A DNA stretch of 63,792 nt, the filler included, from an uncultured bacterium (GTDB lineage: Bacteria; Latescibacterota; UBA2968), in assembly GCA_964471275.1 (NCBI GenBank). It is 4 parts of 4 records of this genome, joined end to end, with 100 filler letters (N's around TTAATTAATTAA, not from the genome) between each part and the next. Parts side by side here need not be neighbours in the genome. Positions count along the whole stretch, not along the records: positions 17,467 to 34,821 come from CAYYGZ010000083.1; positions 34,922 to 52,250 come from CAYYGZ010000084.1; 2 more parts are not named here. The stretch is one strand, 5' to 3'. Each line of letters starts with the position of its first letter. The stretch's first letter is position 1. Below are positions 29,421 to 39,950 of this stretch, in pieces. The notes below the pieces were generated by a model, which searched no databases, had not been told where the DNA came from, and worked only from the letters and a program-made list of their open reading frames with translations. The translations under genes were made by a program, and so were the position numbers.

Positions 29421-30602
29421 TCAGATCAACCGGGAATGCCCCGCCGGGGTTACCTGGCCGAGAATGACGGCTCTGGAGGCTCCCGTAGCCGCCGGCAGGT
29501 TGCCCACCAGACCGTTCAAAGTGCGGTGTGCCAGCAACGCAAAGGCCACCGCTTCCTTCGAATCGGCGGACAACCCCAGGGCGTCCGAAAGCCTGACAGG
29601 GGCATCACCAACCCGTTCCTGAATCGACCGCATCAGTGTCCTGTTGGCGCTGCCTCCCCCGCTCACATAGAACGCACCGATCCCACCGTAGTCAGGCACA
29701 TATCTACGCAGGCTGCTCACGATCGTCTCTGCCGTAAACGCCGTTGCCGTCGCGATCAGGTCGTTCATTGTCGCCCCGCCGCTCTCCCGGATCAGTTCTT
29801 CGATGTATGCCGCGCTGAACATCTCTCTTCCCGTGGACCGGGGCGGCGGCTGCTCGAAGTAGGGATGGCGCATCCAGCGCGCGAGGAGGTTTTCCTGCAC
29901 CTTCCCCGTATCGGCAATTCGCCCGTCTTCATCGAAAATCATCTCGCCTCGGGTCCAACGGGAGACCAGACCATCCAGGATGACATTTCCGGGTCCTGTA
30001 TCAAACGCCAACACCTCCCCGGGCCCGCATCCAGCCGGCAGAACGGTCACATTCGCAATACCGCCGATGTTTATCAGAACACGGCCGACCGATTCGTCCC
30101 GAAACAGCAGGTAATCCACAAGAGGCACGAGCGGAGCCCCTTGCCCGCCGGCGGCAATATCACGGCTCCGGAAATCGGAAACGACCTGGGTTCCCGTCCG
30201 CTCTGCGATCACGCTCGCGTTCCCGATCTGAAGCGTAGAACGTGCCGTGACGCCGAACCGGTCCGGCTCATCCGGCAGGTGATGGATCGTCTGGCCATGC
30301 GATCCGATCGCCCGCACGTCCGAGGATGACACGCCGCCGGAGGCCATAACCTTCAAGGCTGCCTCCGCGAAGAACGCACCGAGCACCGCGTCGAGCCGGC
30401 AGACACTTTCGACTGTTCCGATTTGCACATCGCATACCGCGAGGATTTCCTCCCTCAAGTCCCGAGGCAGTTCGATCGTTTCGAAGGTAAGCAGCTCAAA
30501 ACGGGCCCCCTCGGCATCCCCGAACTGGACGAGCGCCGCGTCGATCCCGTCTGCTGAGGTCCCGGACATCAACCCCACATATAGGGACAGACTAGTCGGC
30601 AT
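29421..30602 (-). CDS. anmK: Anhydro-N-acetylmuramic acid kinase
   Basis: GLMSGTSADGID, HGQT, GGQGAPLVP, NIGGIAN, DTGPGN, STGRE and KEAVAFA motifs. Confidence 0.97.
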   Translation of the reverse strand: MPTSLSLYVGLMSGTSADGIDAALVQFGDAEGARFELLTFETIELPRDLREEILAVCDVQIGTVESVCRLDAVLGAFFAEAALKVMASGGVSSSDVRAIGSHGQTIHHLPDEPDRFGVTARSTLQIGNASVIAERTGTQVVSDFRSRDIAAGGQGAPLVPLVDYLLFRDESVGRVLINIGGIANVTVLPAGCGPGEVLAFDTGPGNVILDGLVSRWTRGEMIFDEDGRIADTGKVQENLLARWMRHPYFEQPPPRSTGREMFSAAYIEELIRESGGATMNDLIATATAFTAETIVSSLRRYVPDYGGIGAFYVSGGGSANRTLMRSIQERVGDAPVRLSDALGLSADSKEAVAFALLAHRTLNGLVGNLPAATGASRAVILGQVTPAGHSRLI

Positions 30603-31551
30603 CTGCCGCCTCCCGCTTCCCGGACCGCCGGGTTATGAAGCTCACGCCGCCTGCAAGGCTGGCAACGATGCCCGATAGATATCCGAGAAACATCATCGCC
30701 AGAGCCTCCGCAGGCAGCACGCCTACACGCGCGAACAGCAGCGCGCCCAGATTCTCACGCACCCCGATTCCCCCGAACGAAATCGGCACGGCAGTAACGA
30801 TCGCGATCAACGGGATAAAGATCAGGAAATGGTCGAAAGCGACATCGAGATTCATCCCCCGACCGACAGCAAAGTAGACGGCGATTCGGGACGACTGCAC
30901 CCCTGAGGCCAGGACCAGTACCCGGGCGAGAGTGCCATAGGCGTGTCTGTATGCAAGGAAACCCGATCGGATCCGTTCGAGCAGGGAGACAATCGAATCG
31001 GGAGCAATGCTAGCGGCAATCGTCAGAATGAAGCCGCTCAGCCTGCGTGAGAACCCGAAAGCAAGGATGCTGATCAGTGCACCCACGAGCGCGAGCATCG
31101 GGATCGCAATACCGGACATCCACAAAGCCGGGTTCACCGAGAACGCGATCAACGAGAACAGAATCAGGACAAACAGTCCAACGAATCGATCGAGAAAGGT
31201 CGCCGCCAAGCCCTGCGAGCCTTTGCCCGTGGTGCGACGCAGGCCATAGACACGCACCGCGTCCCCCCCGATGTTGCTGACAAGGAAGTTGTTGAAGAAC
31301 ACACCGACGAAATAAAGCGATATGATCCGTCGTGTCGACAGATCGATATCCTGCACCCGCAACAGGGCCTCCCACTGGAACGCACCGAGCAGATTGCTGA
31401 ACGTGAACAGGGCGATCGCCAGCAGGAGGTAGGTGGGTCGGGCCGCCCGCGCTGCCCGCTCGACGTCTGCAAGATCGATCTGGCTCAGAAAGAACCCGAT
31501 CAGCGCGACGCTGACGAGAACCTTGATGGCTGTCCCGACGACGCGCTTCAA
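30592..31551 (-). CDS. Lysylphosphatidylglycerol-synthase TM / flippase-like protein (UPF0104)
   Basis: FFNNFL.SNIGGDAVR, LDRFVG and PISFGGIGVRE motifs. Confidence 0.88.
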   Translation of the reverse strand: MKRVVGTAIKVLVSVALIGFFLSQIDLADVERAARAARPTYLLLAIALFTFSNLLGAFQWEALLRVQDIDLSTRRIISLYFVGVFFNNFLVSNIGGDAVRVYGLRRTTGKGSQGLAATFLDRFVGLFVLILFSLIAFSVNPALWMSGIAIPMLALVGALISILAFGFSRRLSGFILTIAASIAPDSIVSLLERIRSGFLAYRHAYGTLARVLVLASGVQSSRIAVYFAVGRGMNLDVAFDHFLIFIPLIAIVTAVPISFGGIGVRENLGALLFARVGVLPAEALAMMFLGYLSGIVASLAGGVSFITRRSGKREAADAD

Positions 31552-32624
31552 ACCGCGCCTCCCCCGTGTTCACCAAGAATCTGGGTCGCCGTCTTACGTC
31601 CCCTGAGAAAATACGAAATGGCCAGTGAATTCTGCAGCATCGCAACCGCTACTTCTCGATCGTCGACACAACGAACCGCCTGCGCTTCACGCCGCCTTCT
31701 TGCGATATTCAAGGGGTGGCACAGGACCCAGGCAGCGCCGGCAACGCCCGCAAACGCTCGCTTCCAGTCCCCCTTCAGGATTGCCAGGCCGGTCAGCATT
31801 TCGAGCAGAATACGAATGGGCACGGTCCTCAGGAGATAGCTTGCCGACCAGTTCTTCAAGAGCATCACGAAGCTGTTCCGGTGCTTCAGGTAGAGCCGCT
31901 GAAACGTCTCGGCCTTCAGGCTGAATCCGCCCCAATGATACACGACCGAGTCCGGCACGGAGACAACCCGGTAACCCGCAAGATGCAGACGCCAGCAAAG
32001 ATCGATTTCCTCCATATGCATATAGAAGGCTTCATCCATCTGGCCCGTGGTCTGAACCGCCTCCATCCTGAGGAACATCGCCCCACCCAGCGTCCAGAAG
32101 ATGTCGCGCCCCCTATCATACTGCCCTTCGTCCATCTCCACGGTATCGAACACTCGACCGAGGCAGAAGGGATAGGCGTAAATATCCATCAGCCCGCCGG
32201 CCGCGCCCTCCGAGTCAAGCTGGGCCTTGTCACGCATCGACCGAACCTTCGGCTGACAGGCCCCGATCCGGTCATCCGAGTCCGCTGCCTGAACGAGCGC
32301 AGTCAGCCAGCCATCCGAAACTTCGACATCGTTGTTCAGCAGGATCGCGTACCGACCCCGGGCGATCTCCAGTCCACGATTGCAGCCGTATGCCAACCCC
32401 TTCTTGCCACCGGTCTTGACGACGGTGATGTCAGGCCATTTCTCCAGGGCCCGCTCAATGCTGCCGTCATTGTGCGGCTGGTCATCGGCAACGATCACTT
32501 CGAAGGAAACGTCATCGGTGTGGGTATAGATGGTCGTGAGGCAATCAGACAGAATATCCCCGAGGTAGTGCGGAATAATGATCGAGACGGAGAGACCGTC
32601 GGCTGTCTCGCTCGTCTCAGCCAT
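31548..32624 (-). CDS. Glycosyltransferase family 2
   Basis: VSIIIPHY, LLNNDVEV and FYMHMEEIDLCWR motifs; start placed at MAETSE. Confidence 0.92.
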   Translation of the reverse strand: MAETSETADGLSVSIIIPHYLGDILSDCLTTIYTHTDDVSFEVIVADDQPHNDGSIERALEKWPDITVVKTGGKKGLAYGCNRGLEIARGRYAILLNNDVEVSDGWLTALVQAADSDDRIGACQPKVRSMRDKAQLDSEGAAGGLMDIYAYPFCLGRVFDTVEMDEGQYDRGRDIFWTLGGAMFLRMEAVQTTGQMDEAFYMHMEEIDLCWRLHLAGYRVVSVPDSVVYHWGGFSLKAETFQRLYLKHRNSFVMLLKNWSASYLLRTVPIRILLEMLTGLAILKGDWKRAFAGVAGAAWVLCHPLNIARRRREAQAVRCVDDREVAVAMLQNSLAISYFLRGRKTATQILGEHGGGAV

Positions 32625-33300
32625 CCAGGAAGATCCGATAGCCCGTCCGCCCGAAGTAGATCGACGGAAGGCTGAAGGTGTTGAGCGCGCGAATAAACCC
32701 GTCGCGGTCGGCCGTGCACTTGATCTTCCCCTCAGCAGCCGCGCCCAGGTCGAATCGGAGGACGACCTGCCCATTCCGCTCGATCGCCAGCTTCCGGGAT
32801 ACGACGCCCAGAACACGGGGGCTCGTGCCCGTCGCCGGACACTTGCCGTAATCGAGATGGAGGATATCCCGGTCCCTGAGCAGCAGGGGAACCCGCTCCT
32901 GCATCGGGCCTTTCGCACACCGCGCGCTGATCTGGACGTCAGTCACGTCCGGTCTGAGAACGTAGTTCTTCGAGATCCCCAGATCCCCGTAACTCGCCAG
33001 CACCTCATACCCGCCTCGACCTTCTCGGAAACTGGCATTCCCCAACGCGTTCGCTGTGCCCTGATCGCCGGCCCGGGTCTCCCAACACGCGCCGGCACCG
33101 TTGGCACTCATCACACGCGCATTGAAGGGCGCGTAACGCCACAGGGCCTCACCGAACCACCTCTGAAGTTCGCCCGGCTCGGTGATGACGGAGTTGGCCA
33201 GACGTGAAAAATTGTCGAAATGGTAGAGGAGCCCGTATTCCTCGGGATTCCAGTCTGACTTCAGGATATTCTCGACTCCGGGTACGGGATTGAAAGACAC
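32617..33300 (-). CDS. Hypothetical protein (beta-rich)
   Basis: 227-aa ORF translationally coupled to the GT2 gene; no recognisable motif. Confidence 0.55.
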   Translation of the reverse strand: MSFNPVPGVENILKSDWNPEEYGLLYHFDNFSRLANSVITEPGELQRWFGEALWRYAPFNARVMSANGAGACWETRAGDQGTANALGNASFREGRGGYEVLASYGDLGISKNYVLRPDVTDVQISARCAKGPMQERVPLLLRDRDILHLDYGKCPATGTSPRVLGVVSRKLAIERNGQVVLRFDLGAAAEGKIKCTADRDGFIRALNTFSLPSIYFGRTGYRIFLDG

Positions 33301-33570
33301 GGGTGGCTCTCAGAGAGAAGGTGGGTTTGGGTGCCGGATGTCGGGTGTGAGGTTCGGGAGAATCAGAACCCGAGAGCTGCCCACATCCGGCTGGTTGATC
33401 AACGGATACAGCGGCATTGAGATGAAATGTCTTAGGAACAATATACGTGAGGGACAAATAGAAAGGAGGGGCTGTTGTTGGCGTGGATGGCGTCAAGGCA
33501 CGCGTTTCAGAGAACACCCGGTAGGAACGCGGCGACACAACTCATCGGTCTGAGGCCAGGCCTCGTTGCG

Positions 33571-34734
33571 CTAGCTGACGCGGTACGCTTCGACTGCATC
33601 CTCGTCTAGCTCGCAGCCAAGGCCCGGCTTGCACGGCACGATCGCGTCTCCGGACTCGAACTGGATACCTTCGACGACCAGGTCATCCAAGCGCGTCCAG
33701 CTGCCGACGAAATCGCTCGGCATCACGCAGTTCCGGGGTATACTGGCTGCGTGCAGATACGACATCTCCATAATGCCCAGGTCGTTGCCCGATCCGTGCC
33801 AGCACGGGATTCCGGCTGCGTCCGCGATCGCAGCATTCTTCACGAAGTTCCACATACTGCCGTTCAGGTTCAGGATATCCACTGCCTCCGCCTTGATCGC
33901 GTTGACGATATCGTGCGGGTTTCCGAGATGCAGTGCGACAGGGATCGTCGTCGCAGCTCTCAACTGCCGATACCAGTCGAGATTCCACTTCGCCATCGGG
34001 TCCTCAAGAACACCGACATTGCCGACCTCCTCGAACTGCCTGGCCAGTGTGATCGCTTCCCCCGGCCGATAGAATCGTTGATTCGGGTCGACCGTGCACT
34101 TGAACGATGGATCCGTGGCGTTCAGGATCGCACGCACGCGATCCACCATCGGCTCGTCGGACGTGCACTTTATCTTGACACCGTGGAACCCGCGCTCGAA
34201 GCCAAGCCGCGCGTTCACAGCCGAGTCTTCAGGCGTCTGATGCCCGATCCAGTAGTCCGCAGGCACACGATCCCGGTAGGCTCCGCCGAGCAGCTCGTGA
34301 ACGGGCACATCACGCACCTTGCCGACGATGTCGAAGATCGCCATCTCGAACGCTTCGTAGGCCGGTCCCGACCCCCACCCGTTCAGGCTTTCCCAATCCC
34401 GTGTTCCCGTAAGCGCGTGCGTTCCGTCTTCTGACAGAGTTACACTGGCCAGACCCCGCTGAGATCCTCGTCTCGTCGCCGAGTCGGCGAAGATGTTCTG
34501 GAGGCTGAGCCCAAGCGGGTCCCGACCCTCCAGCCGCTCGAACCCTTGCTGTATGGTATCGAGTGTCGTGCCGCGCAGCGCTTCACCCAGCCCGTGAACG
34601 TGTTCGTCCGTACGGAGCCGGATAATGTGCTTTGGAATCTGGTCCCATCCGGGTGAACCGAAGGACTCACTGTGAACGCGGCCGGAGATTGTGGGTACCA
34701 CGACAGTGAAGACATCGATGGAAGTGATCTTCAT
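33571..34734 (-). CDS. Enolase-superfamily (MLE-like) enzyme, divergent
   Basis: GLGE, EMAIFDIVGK, KIK, DPNQ, LEDP and PGLG motifs. Confidence 0.9.
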   Translation of the reverse strand: MKITSIDVFTVVVPTISGRVHSESFGSPGWDQIPKHIIRLRTDEHVHGLGEALRGTTLDTIQQGFERLEGRDPLGLSLQNIFADSATRRGSQRGLASVTLSEDGTHALTGTRDWESLNGWGSGPAYEAFEMAIFDIVGKVRDVPVHELLGGAYRDRVPADYWIGHQTPEDSAVNARLGFERGFHGVKIKCTSDEPMVDRVRAILNATDPSFKCTVDPNQRFYRPGEAITLARQFEEVGNVGVLEDPMAKWNLDWYRQLRAATTIPVALHLGNPHDIVNAIKAEAVDILNLNGSMWNFVKNAAIADAAGIPCWHGSGNDLGIMEMSYLHAASIPRNCVMPSDFVGSWTRLDDLVVEGIQFESGDAIVPCKPGLGCELDEDAVEAYRVS

Positions 34735-34821
34735 AGCACGACCTTGCTGGAACACGGTTCCAGTGTATTGTCCCGTAAACAGATGTACTAATTAGCAATT
34801 CTGTCGCATGTTTCCTCAAAC

Positions 34822-34921
34822 NNNNNNNNNNNNNNNNNNNNNNNNNNNNNNNNNNNNNNNNNNNNTTAATTAATTAANNNNNNNNNNNNNNNNNNNNNNN
34901 NNNNNNNNNNNNNNNNNNNNN
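34822..34921. other. Artificial contig linker
   Basis: N run containing TTAATTAATTAA. Confidence 0.99.
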
Positions 34922-35147
34922 CGCATCCGGGGTGGGGAAGCACAGGCGCATCGGCCCGCTGCGTATCGATACGGCCGACTGAGATTTGTGCGTCAACTTC
35001 TATGCTAGGGGCACGAGATCTGCGAATACCAGTTGCGCTTTTGCGCCTTTTTTGTTTCGATCCTCTGCAAACACCATCCATTTTGGGGAGGCGAGCTACC
35101 GCCTGGTTATCTCTCGTCGTGGATCAACGTTCTACAAGGTAGAATAC

Positions 35148-35969
35148 ATGGTCGGTGATCTCGAAATCTACAGATTTGATCTAAACGGATATATCGTGCT
35201 TAAGGGCGCACTTTCATCGAACGAAATCGGTGCCCTGAACGCGAGTCTCGACAGTATCCCTCATCTGGAACCTGGAGACTGGCACGGCCAAGTGCACGGT
35301 CACAGCTATGGTGATGAGACCTCCGGACTGAACCTGCAGCAGATCTACGAGGCCGGGGAGGCGTTTGAGAATCTGATCGATCATCCTTCCTGGATCGAGC
35401 ATGTCAAACTGTTCGTCGGCGGCGAGGGCACTTTTGACTACCACCACGGACCGCTCTTTATCGACGAGAATTTCGTCAACTACCGAGGCCCGGGCGAGGC
35501 GATCGGGATCCATTCTGGCGGGTTCCCGCCGATCCATCGCAACCAGTTCCGGTATCACGATGGACGTTTTATGTGTGGGCAGGTAAATGTTCTGATGGCG
35601 CTGACTGACATCGGACCGGGTGATGGGGGGACGATGCTGATTCCGGCGAGTCACAAGTCGAACTTCCAGCACCCCGGCTACGAGGAAGCCCGAATGGGAC
35701 CCGGCCGGTCTGTGGACGCGGTGGAGGATGCTGTTGAGGTCTATCTGGAAGCCGGGGACGTCATTATCTTTGCCGATGCGCTCTGCCACGGGTCTGCGAA
35801 GCGTGCGAATGAAGGCAAACGACGGATCTGCGTGTATCGGTACGGTCCCTCGTGGGGAAACTTCCGACACGGATATCAGCCCTCGGAGGTGCTGCTGGAG
35901 AGACTTACGCCGGAACGCAGACAGATTGTGCAGCCACAGAAGCAGATCACAAGACCGGTTAGGTCCTGA
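35148..35969 (+). CDS. Phytanoyl-CoA dioxygenase (PhyH) family Fe/2OG oxygenase
   Basis: FDLNGYIVL, IHSG, GGTMLIPASHK, AGDVIIF..LCHG and RRICVYRY motifs. Confidence 0.88.
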   Translation: MVGDLEIYRFDLNGYIVLKGALSSNEIGALNASLDSIPHLEPGDWHGQVHGHSYGDETSGLNLQQIYEAGEAFENLIDHPSWIEHVKLFVGGEGTFDYHHGPLFIDENFVNYRGPGEAIGIHSGGFPPIHRNQFRYHDGRFMCGQVNVLMALTDIGPGDGGTMLIPASHKSNFQHPGYEEARMGPGRSVDAVEDAVEVYLEAGDVIIFADALCHGSAKRANEGKRRICVYRYGPSWGNFRHGYQPSEVLLERLTPERRQIVQPQKQITRPVRS

Positions 35970-36000
35970 CCGGACACGGGACGGAGGAGAGGAAGTCTCT

Positions 36001-37143
36001 ATGAAAATCACCGCGATCAAAGCATACATGGCGCGCGAAGGGAGTCGATCGCGCGTACTCTGCAAGGTGGAGACAGACGAGGGTATCTACGGATGGGGCG
36101 AGTGCTACAGTCCAGGCCCGGACATGGCGATTGAACCGACTCTCGACTACATCTTCGAGCTGATCAAAGGTATCGATCCGAGACGGATCGAATTCATTAT
36201 GATGAAGCTGTTTCAGCAGATGCGGTTTCCGCCTGGCGCGGTCGGTCTGTCCGCGATGTCCGGTGTTGACCACGCGCTATGGGACATCAGCGGGAAAGCG
36301 GCCGGCGTGCCCGTGTATCAACTGCTGGGTGGTGCTGCACGTGATCGGGTCCAGGTCTATCGGTCGATCGGTGGATCGGACGCGAAGGAGGCTGCTGATC
36401 AAGCGCAGAAGCTGCACGACGAGCACGGGTTCACGGCTTTCAAGACCAGTCCATTTCGGGTCGCCCCCGATGAGCACCGGTGGGGGATCGTCTGCAAGAA
36501 GGCGGCCGAGTATTTCGAGGGGCTACGGAAGCACTGTCCCGAGGAATGGGAATTCGCTTTCGATCCCCACGCCAAGATCTTCGAGCCGGTCAGGGCCCTA
36601 CAACTCGCGAACGCATTGGCGCCATACGACCCCTACTTCTACGAAGAACCGCTTCGCCCCGAGAATAGTGATGCGTGGGGACGACTCCGATCGCAGATGA
36701 CCGTTCCGCTCGCGACAGGCGAGTGTCTCTACACTCGGTTCGAGTTTCTCGATCTGCTTTCGAAGCACGGGGCCGATATCATCCAACCTGATATTTGCGT
36801 GTGTGGTGGTCTGCTTGAAATGCGGAAGATCGCCGCGATTGCCGAGGCCCACTACATATCTGTGGCGCCTCACAATCCGATGGGTCCCCTCGCAACGGCC
36901 GTGAACCTGCATTTTAGTGCCGCGACACCCAACTTCAAGATCCTGGAGTATCACCTGCCGAACGACAAAGGTGGGGGAGACTGGCTGGATGAAGCCTACT
37001 GGCCGACGGACGGATACCTGCAGCTGAGACCCGATCGCCCGGGGCTGGGTGTCGAAGTGAACGAGGAGGCGGTGCAGACGGAGTATGTGTTGTGGGAACG
37101 GAAGAGTCCAACTCGTCCGGACGGGTCAACAGGATATATCTAG
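36001..37143 (+). CDS. Galactonate dehydratase-like enolase-superfamily enzyme
   Basis: TDEGIYGWGE, ALWDISGK, DPH, EEP, TGE, QPD and APHNP motifs; GAGG RBS before the ATG at 36001. Confidence 0.9.
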   Translation: MKITAIKAYMAREGSRSRVLCKVETDEGIYGWGECYSPGPDMAIEPTLDYIFELIKGIDPRRIEFIMMKLFQQMRFPPGAVGLSAMSGVDHALWDISGKAAGVPVYQLLGGAARDRVQVYRSIGGSDAKEAADQAQKLHDEHGFTAFKTSPFRVAPDEHRWGIVCKKAAEYFEGLRKHCPEEWEFAFDPHAKIFEPVRALQLANALAPYDPYFYEEPLRPENSDAWGRLRSQMTVPLATGECLYTRFEFLDLLSKHGADIIQPDICVCGGLLEMRKIAAIAEAHYISVAPHNPMGPLATAVNLHFSAATPNFKILEYHLPNDKGGGDWLDEAYWPTDGYLQLRPDRPGLGVEVNEEAVQTEYVLWERKSPTRPDGSTGYI

Positions 37144-37304
37144 AATTTCCCACGGGGAACACGGAAGATACGGGGAGAAACGCGAATCGGTTCGGTAGTG
37201 ATTGCGGTGGCAAATGAAACCGTCCGAGTCTCAAAGTCTTCTGTGAATCTGATTCACAGTGTATTTACCGGTTATTCCGTGATTCCCTGGTCGAGTTTTC
37301 TTGA

Positions 37305-38738
37305 ATGAGCAAACCAAACATCCTTTTTGCGATCGCGGATGACGCGTCGCATTTCAGCGCATATGGTCACGCCTTTGTGGACACGCCATGCTTTGATCGA
37401 GTGGCGAGGGAAGGCGTGCTGTTTGCCAATGCCTTTACGACGAACCCGAAGTGCGCGCCGTCGAGGGCATGTATCCTGACAGGGATGCATACCTGGCAGC
37501 TGGAGGATGCGTGCAACCACTTCGGGGTATTTCCGAGCAAGTTTGCCGTCTTTCCGGATCTGCTCGAGGTCACCGGCTACTTTGTCGGGTTCACAGGGAA
37601 GGGATGGGCACCGGGCGATTACGCGGCTGGCGGGTTCGAGCGGAATCCTGCCGGGACCGAGTTCTCCGGCAAGGAGCTTAACCCACCGTCTTCGACAATC
37701 AGCAAGAAGGACTACGCCGGGAATTTCGGGAATTTCCTGGAGGAGAGGCCAGCCGATCAGCCGTTCTGCTTCTGGTATGGCGGGCACGAGCCGCATCGCA
37801 AGTATGAAGAAGGAGAAGGTATTCGCAGTGGGAAGCGGATCGAGGATGTGAACCTGTCGGCATACTGGCCGGATGACGATGTGGTCAGGCGAGATGTGCT
37901 GGACTACGCGTTCGAAACCGAATGGTTCGACAAACAGCTCGGTGAAATGATTGTGCAACTCGAGGCGATCGGCGAGCTGGACAATACGATCATCGTTGTC
38001 ACGTCAGATAACGGGATGCCGTTCCCACGCGTCAAGGGGCAGATGTATGAGGATGACTTCCACCTGCCGCTTGCGGTGCGTTGGGGCGATTACGGCAAGG
38101 CCGGGCGTGTTGTTCAGGATTTTATCAGCTGGATCGACTTCGCACCGACCTTTCTCGACGCTGCTGGTGTGACGCCGCACGAGCAGCACGCCGGAAGAAG
38201 CTTCACAGATGTTCTGAAGTCGCAGACAGACGGGTGGATCGATTCCACCCGCGATCACGTGTATACGGGCAAGGAACGACACGATGTCGGTCGTGAGGGA
38301 GACAAGGGGTATCCCGTGCGCTGTCTCAGAACGCGTGACTATCTGTATGTCCGGAATTATGAACCCGAACGCTGGCCGGCCGGCAACCCCGAGACCGGGT
38401 ACACCAATGTGGACAGCTCACCGACCAAGACGCTGATCCTCGAGCAACACGAGGAGGGTGACGATCGTTACTACGATCTGTCATTCGGGAAGCGGCCAGC
38501 GGAGGAGCTTTTTGACATGCGGGAGGATACGGCGTGTCTGTACAATCTGGCCGAGGATGCCGAGCACGCCGATCGGCTTCGGGTGATGCGCAAAGAATTG
38601 GAGGATGCGTTGACTGAACAAGGTGACCCACGTGTGCTCGGGCAGGGCGATGTGTTCGACCGGTATGCATATGTGGGGAACGCAACGCATTCGTGGGAGC
38701 GATACGAGGCCGGAAAATGGACCCGTCAGGGATATTGA
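37305..38738 (+). CDS. Sulfatase (heparan N-sulfatase-like S1)
   Basis: PNILFAIADD, CAPSRA, TGKGW, EPHR, SDNG and ERHD motifs. Confidence 0.93.
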   Translation: MSKPNILFAIADDASHFSAYGHAFVDTPCFDRVAREGVLFANAFTTNPKCAPSRACILTGMHTWQLEDACNHFGVFPSKFAVFPDLLEVTGYFVGFTGKGWAPGDYAAGGFERNPAGTEFSGKELNPPSSTISKKDYAGNFGNFLEERPADQPFCFWYGGHEPHRKYEEGEGIRSGKRIEDVNLSAYWPDDDVVRRDVLDYAFETEWFDKQLGEMIVQLEAIGELDNTIIVVTSDNGMPFPRVKGQMYEDDFHLPLAVRWGDYGKAGRVVQDFISWIDFAPTFLDAAGVTPHEQHAGRSFTDVLKSQTDGWIDSTRDHVYTGKERHDVGREGDKGYPVRCLRTRDYLYVRNYEPERWPAGNPETGYTNVDSSPTKTLILEQHEEGDDRYYDLSFGKRPAEELFDMREDTACLYNLAEDAEHADRLRVMRKELEDALTEQGDPRVLGQGDVFDRYAYVGNATHSWERYEAGKWTRQGY

Positions 38739-38744
38739 TATCTG

Positions 38745-39899
38745 ATGAGCAGCATGACGAGAAGACCCTCCCTGGCTATAGCGGGCGCCTGGGGGTATAT
38801 CGGACAGAAATTCATCGAGGCGGGACTCACGCTGGGCCACGATGTTTATGTCTATGATCCGGGTCCGGTTCCTGATGACATCGATCTTGAGAGCGTCACC
38901 CGAGTCGAGATCGAGTCAGACTTTTATGCGCTGGACGTCGATCTGTTTCATCTCGCCCTGCACCCCGAGCATCGGTCAGCCGCTCTGGACCAGCTGCTTC
39001 CGCGTGCCGCTTCCGAATCGCTTCTGATCCTGGATGAGAAACCTATGGCATCCCCCGAGTCTCCCGAAGAGTGTTCTGCTCTGGTGGATGTCGTCGCCGA
39101 ATCGGGCGCCGTGCTGCTCTTCGATTTCCCCGAACTCTTCGACCCCATCACCGCACGGATCTTCGATTTCCTGGAGTCCTTCACGACACTCGAGATCTCG
39201 GAAGTACGGATTCAGCGGTCCAAGGACAGAGAAGACCCTTCGAACTCTCGAAACGAGAAGAAGATGGTGCCGATTCAGTTTCAGGAGTCTGTCCATTGCA
39301 TCGCGTTTCTGCTGAACATAGTGTCAAGGAATGCCGGGTCTGTGGCGGAAGCACTGAAGGACGGCATCTCGTTGCGTGCTTCGTCGGACCCGTATGACGC
39401 ACCGAACCCGGATGCCTATCCGTATGTCGTCGATGGCCGGTGTGATTTTAACGTGCAGATCGGAGATGTGTCTGTCGTTGGGCACACCGACTTCAAGCGA
39501 GGGGCTCCCTGGCGGAAGGAACGGATCATCCGTGGGAAGGGCGACGGACTACCCTTCGAGATTCTGGTGGACTATCTCGAGGGGGCCAAGTATCTGGTGA
39601 TCGATGGTGAGGATCAGCTGTGTGAGCCGTGGGGTAACTCATACACAGCCGTTCTGGGAGGTATGCACGCGCTGCACGCGGCTATACCAGAAGAGGAACT
39701 GATGGCAGGCGTATATCCGAACCCCTCCTTTGCGCGCCACACCTACCAGCTTTCGAGCGCGATCTGGCGGGCGAGCTACGATGGGGAAGAGCTTGTGTTC
39801 CCTGATGCGGCCAGTCTGAGTGCGTTTGACGCTGGGTTCGCCAGGGAAGTGCCGCGATTTCCCACATATGCGAGTCGCCAGTCAGCAGACTCGCGTTGA
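38745..39899 (+). CDS. Gfo/Idh/MocA-like NAD(P)-dependent oxidoreductase
   Basis: Rossmann motif IAGAWGYIG; H..EKPM and ESVH motifs. Confidence 0.7.
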   Translation: MSSMTRRPSLAIAGAWGYIGQKFIEAGLTLGHDVYVYDPGPVPDDIDLESVTRVEIESDFYALDVDLFHLALHPEHRSAALDQLLPRAASESLLILDEKPMASPESPEECSALVDVVAESGAVLLFDFPELFDPITARIFDFLESFTTLEISEVRIQRSKDREDPSNSRNEKKMVPIQFQESVHCIAFLLNIVSRNAGSVAEALKDGISLRASSDPYDAPNPDAYPYVVDGRCDFNVQIGDVSVVGHTDFKRGAPWRKERIIRGKGDGLPFEILVDYLEGAKYLVIDGEDQLCEPWGNSYTAVLGGMHALHAAIPEEELMAGVYPNPSFARHTYQLSSAIWRASYDGEELVFPDAASLSAFDAGFAREVPRFPTYASRQSADSR

Positions 39900-39950
39900 T
39901 CAGACTCCTATTGCCAAGCTGCGAGCCCTAGCCCTGAATCTGAAGCGCGG

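Noticed and set aside
32625..32918. N-terminal extension of the GT2 ORF
   Set aside because: Out-of-frame overlap with the upstream ORF; GT2 similarity starts after MAETSE.
35728..36000. N-terminal extension of the 471-aa ORF (apparent overlap or fusion)
   Set aside because: Overlaps the PhyH gene; an RBS and ATG are present at 36001.
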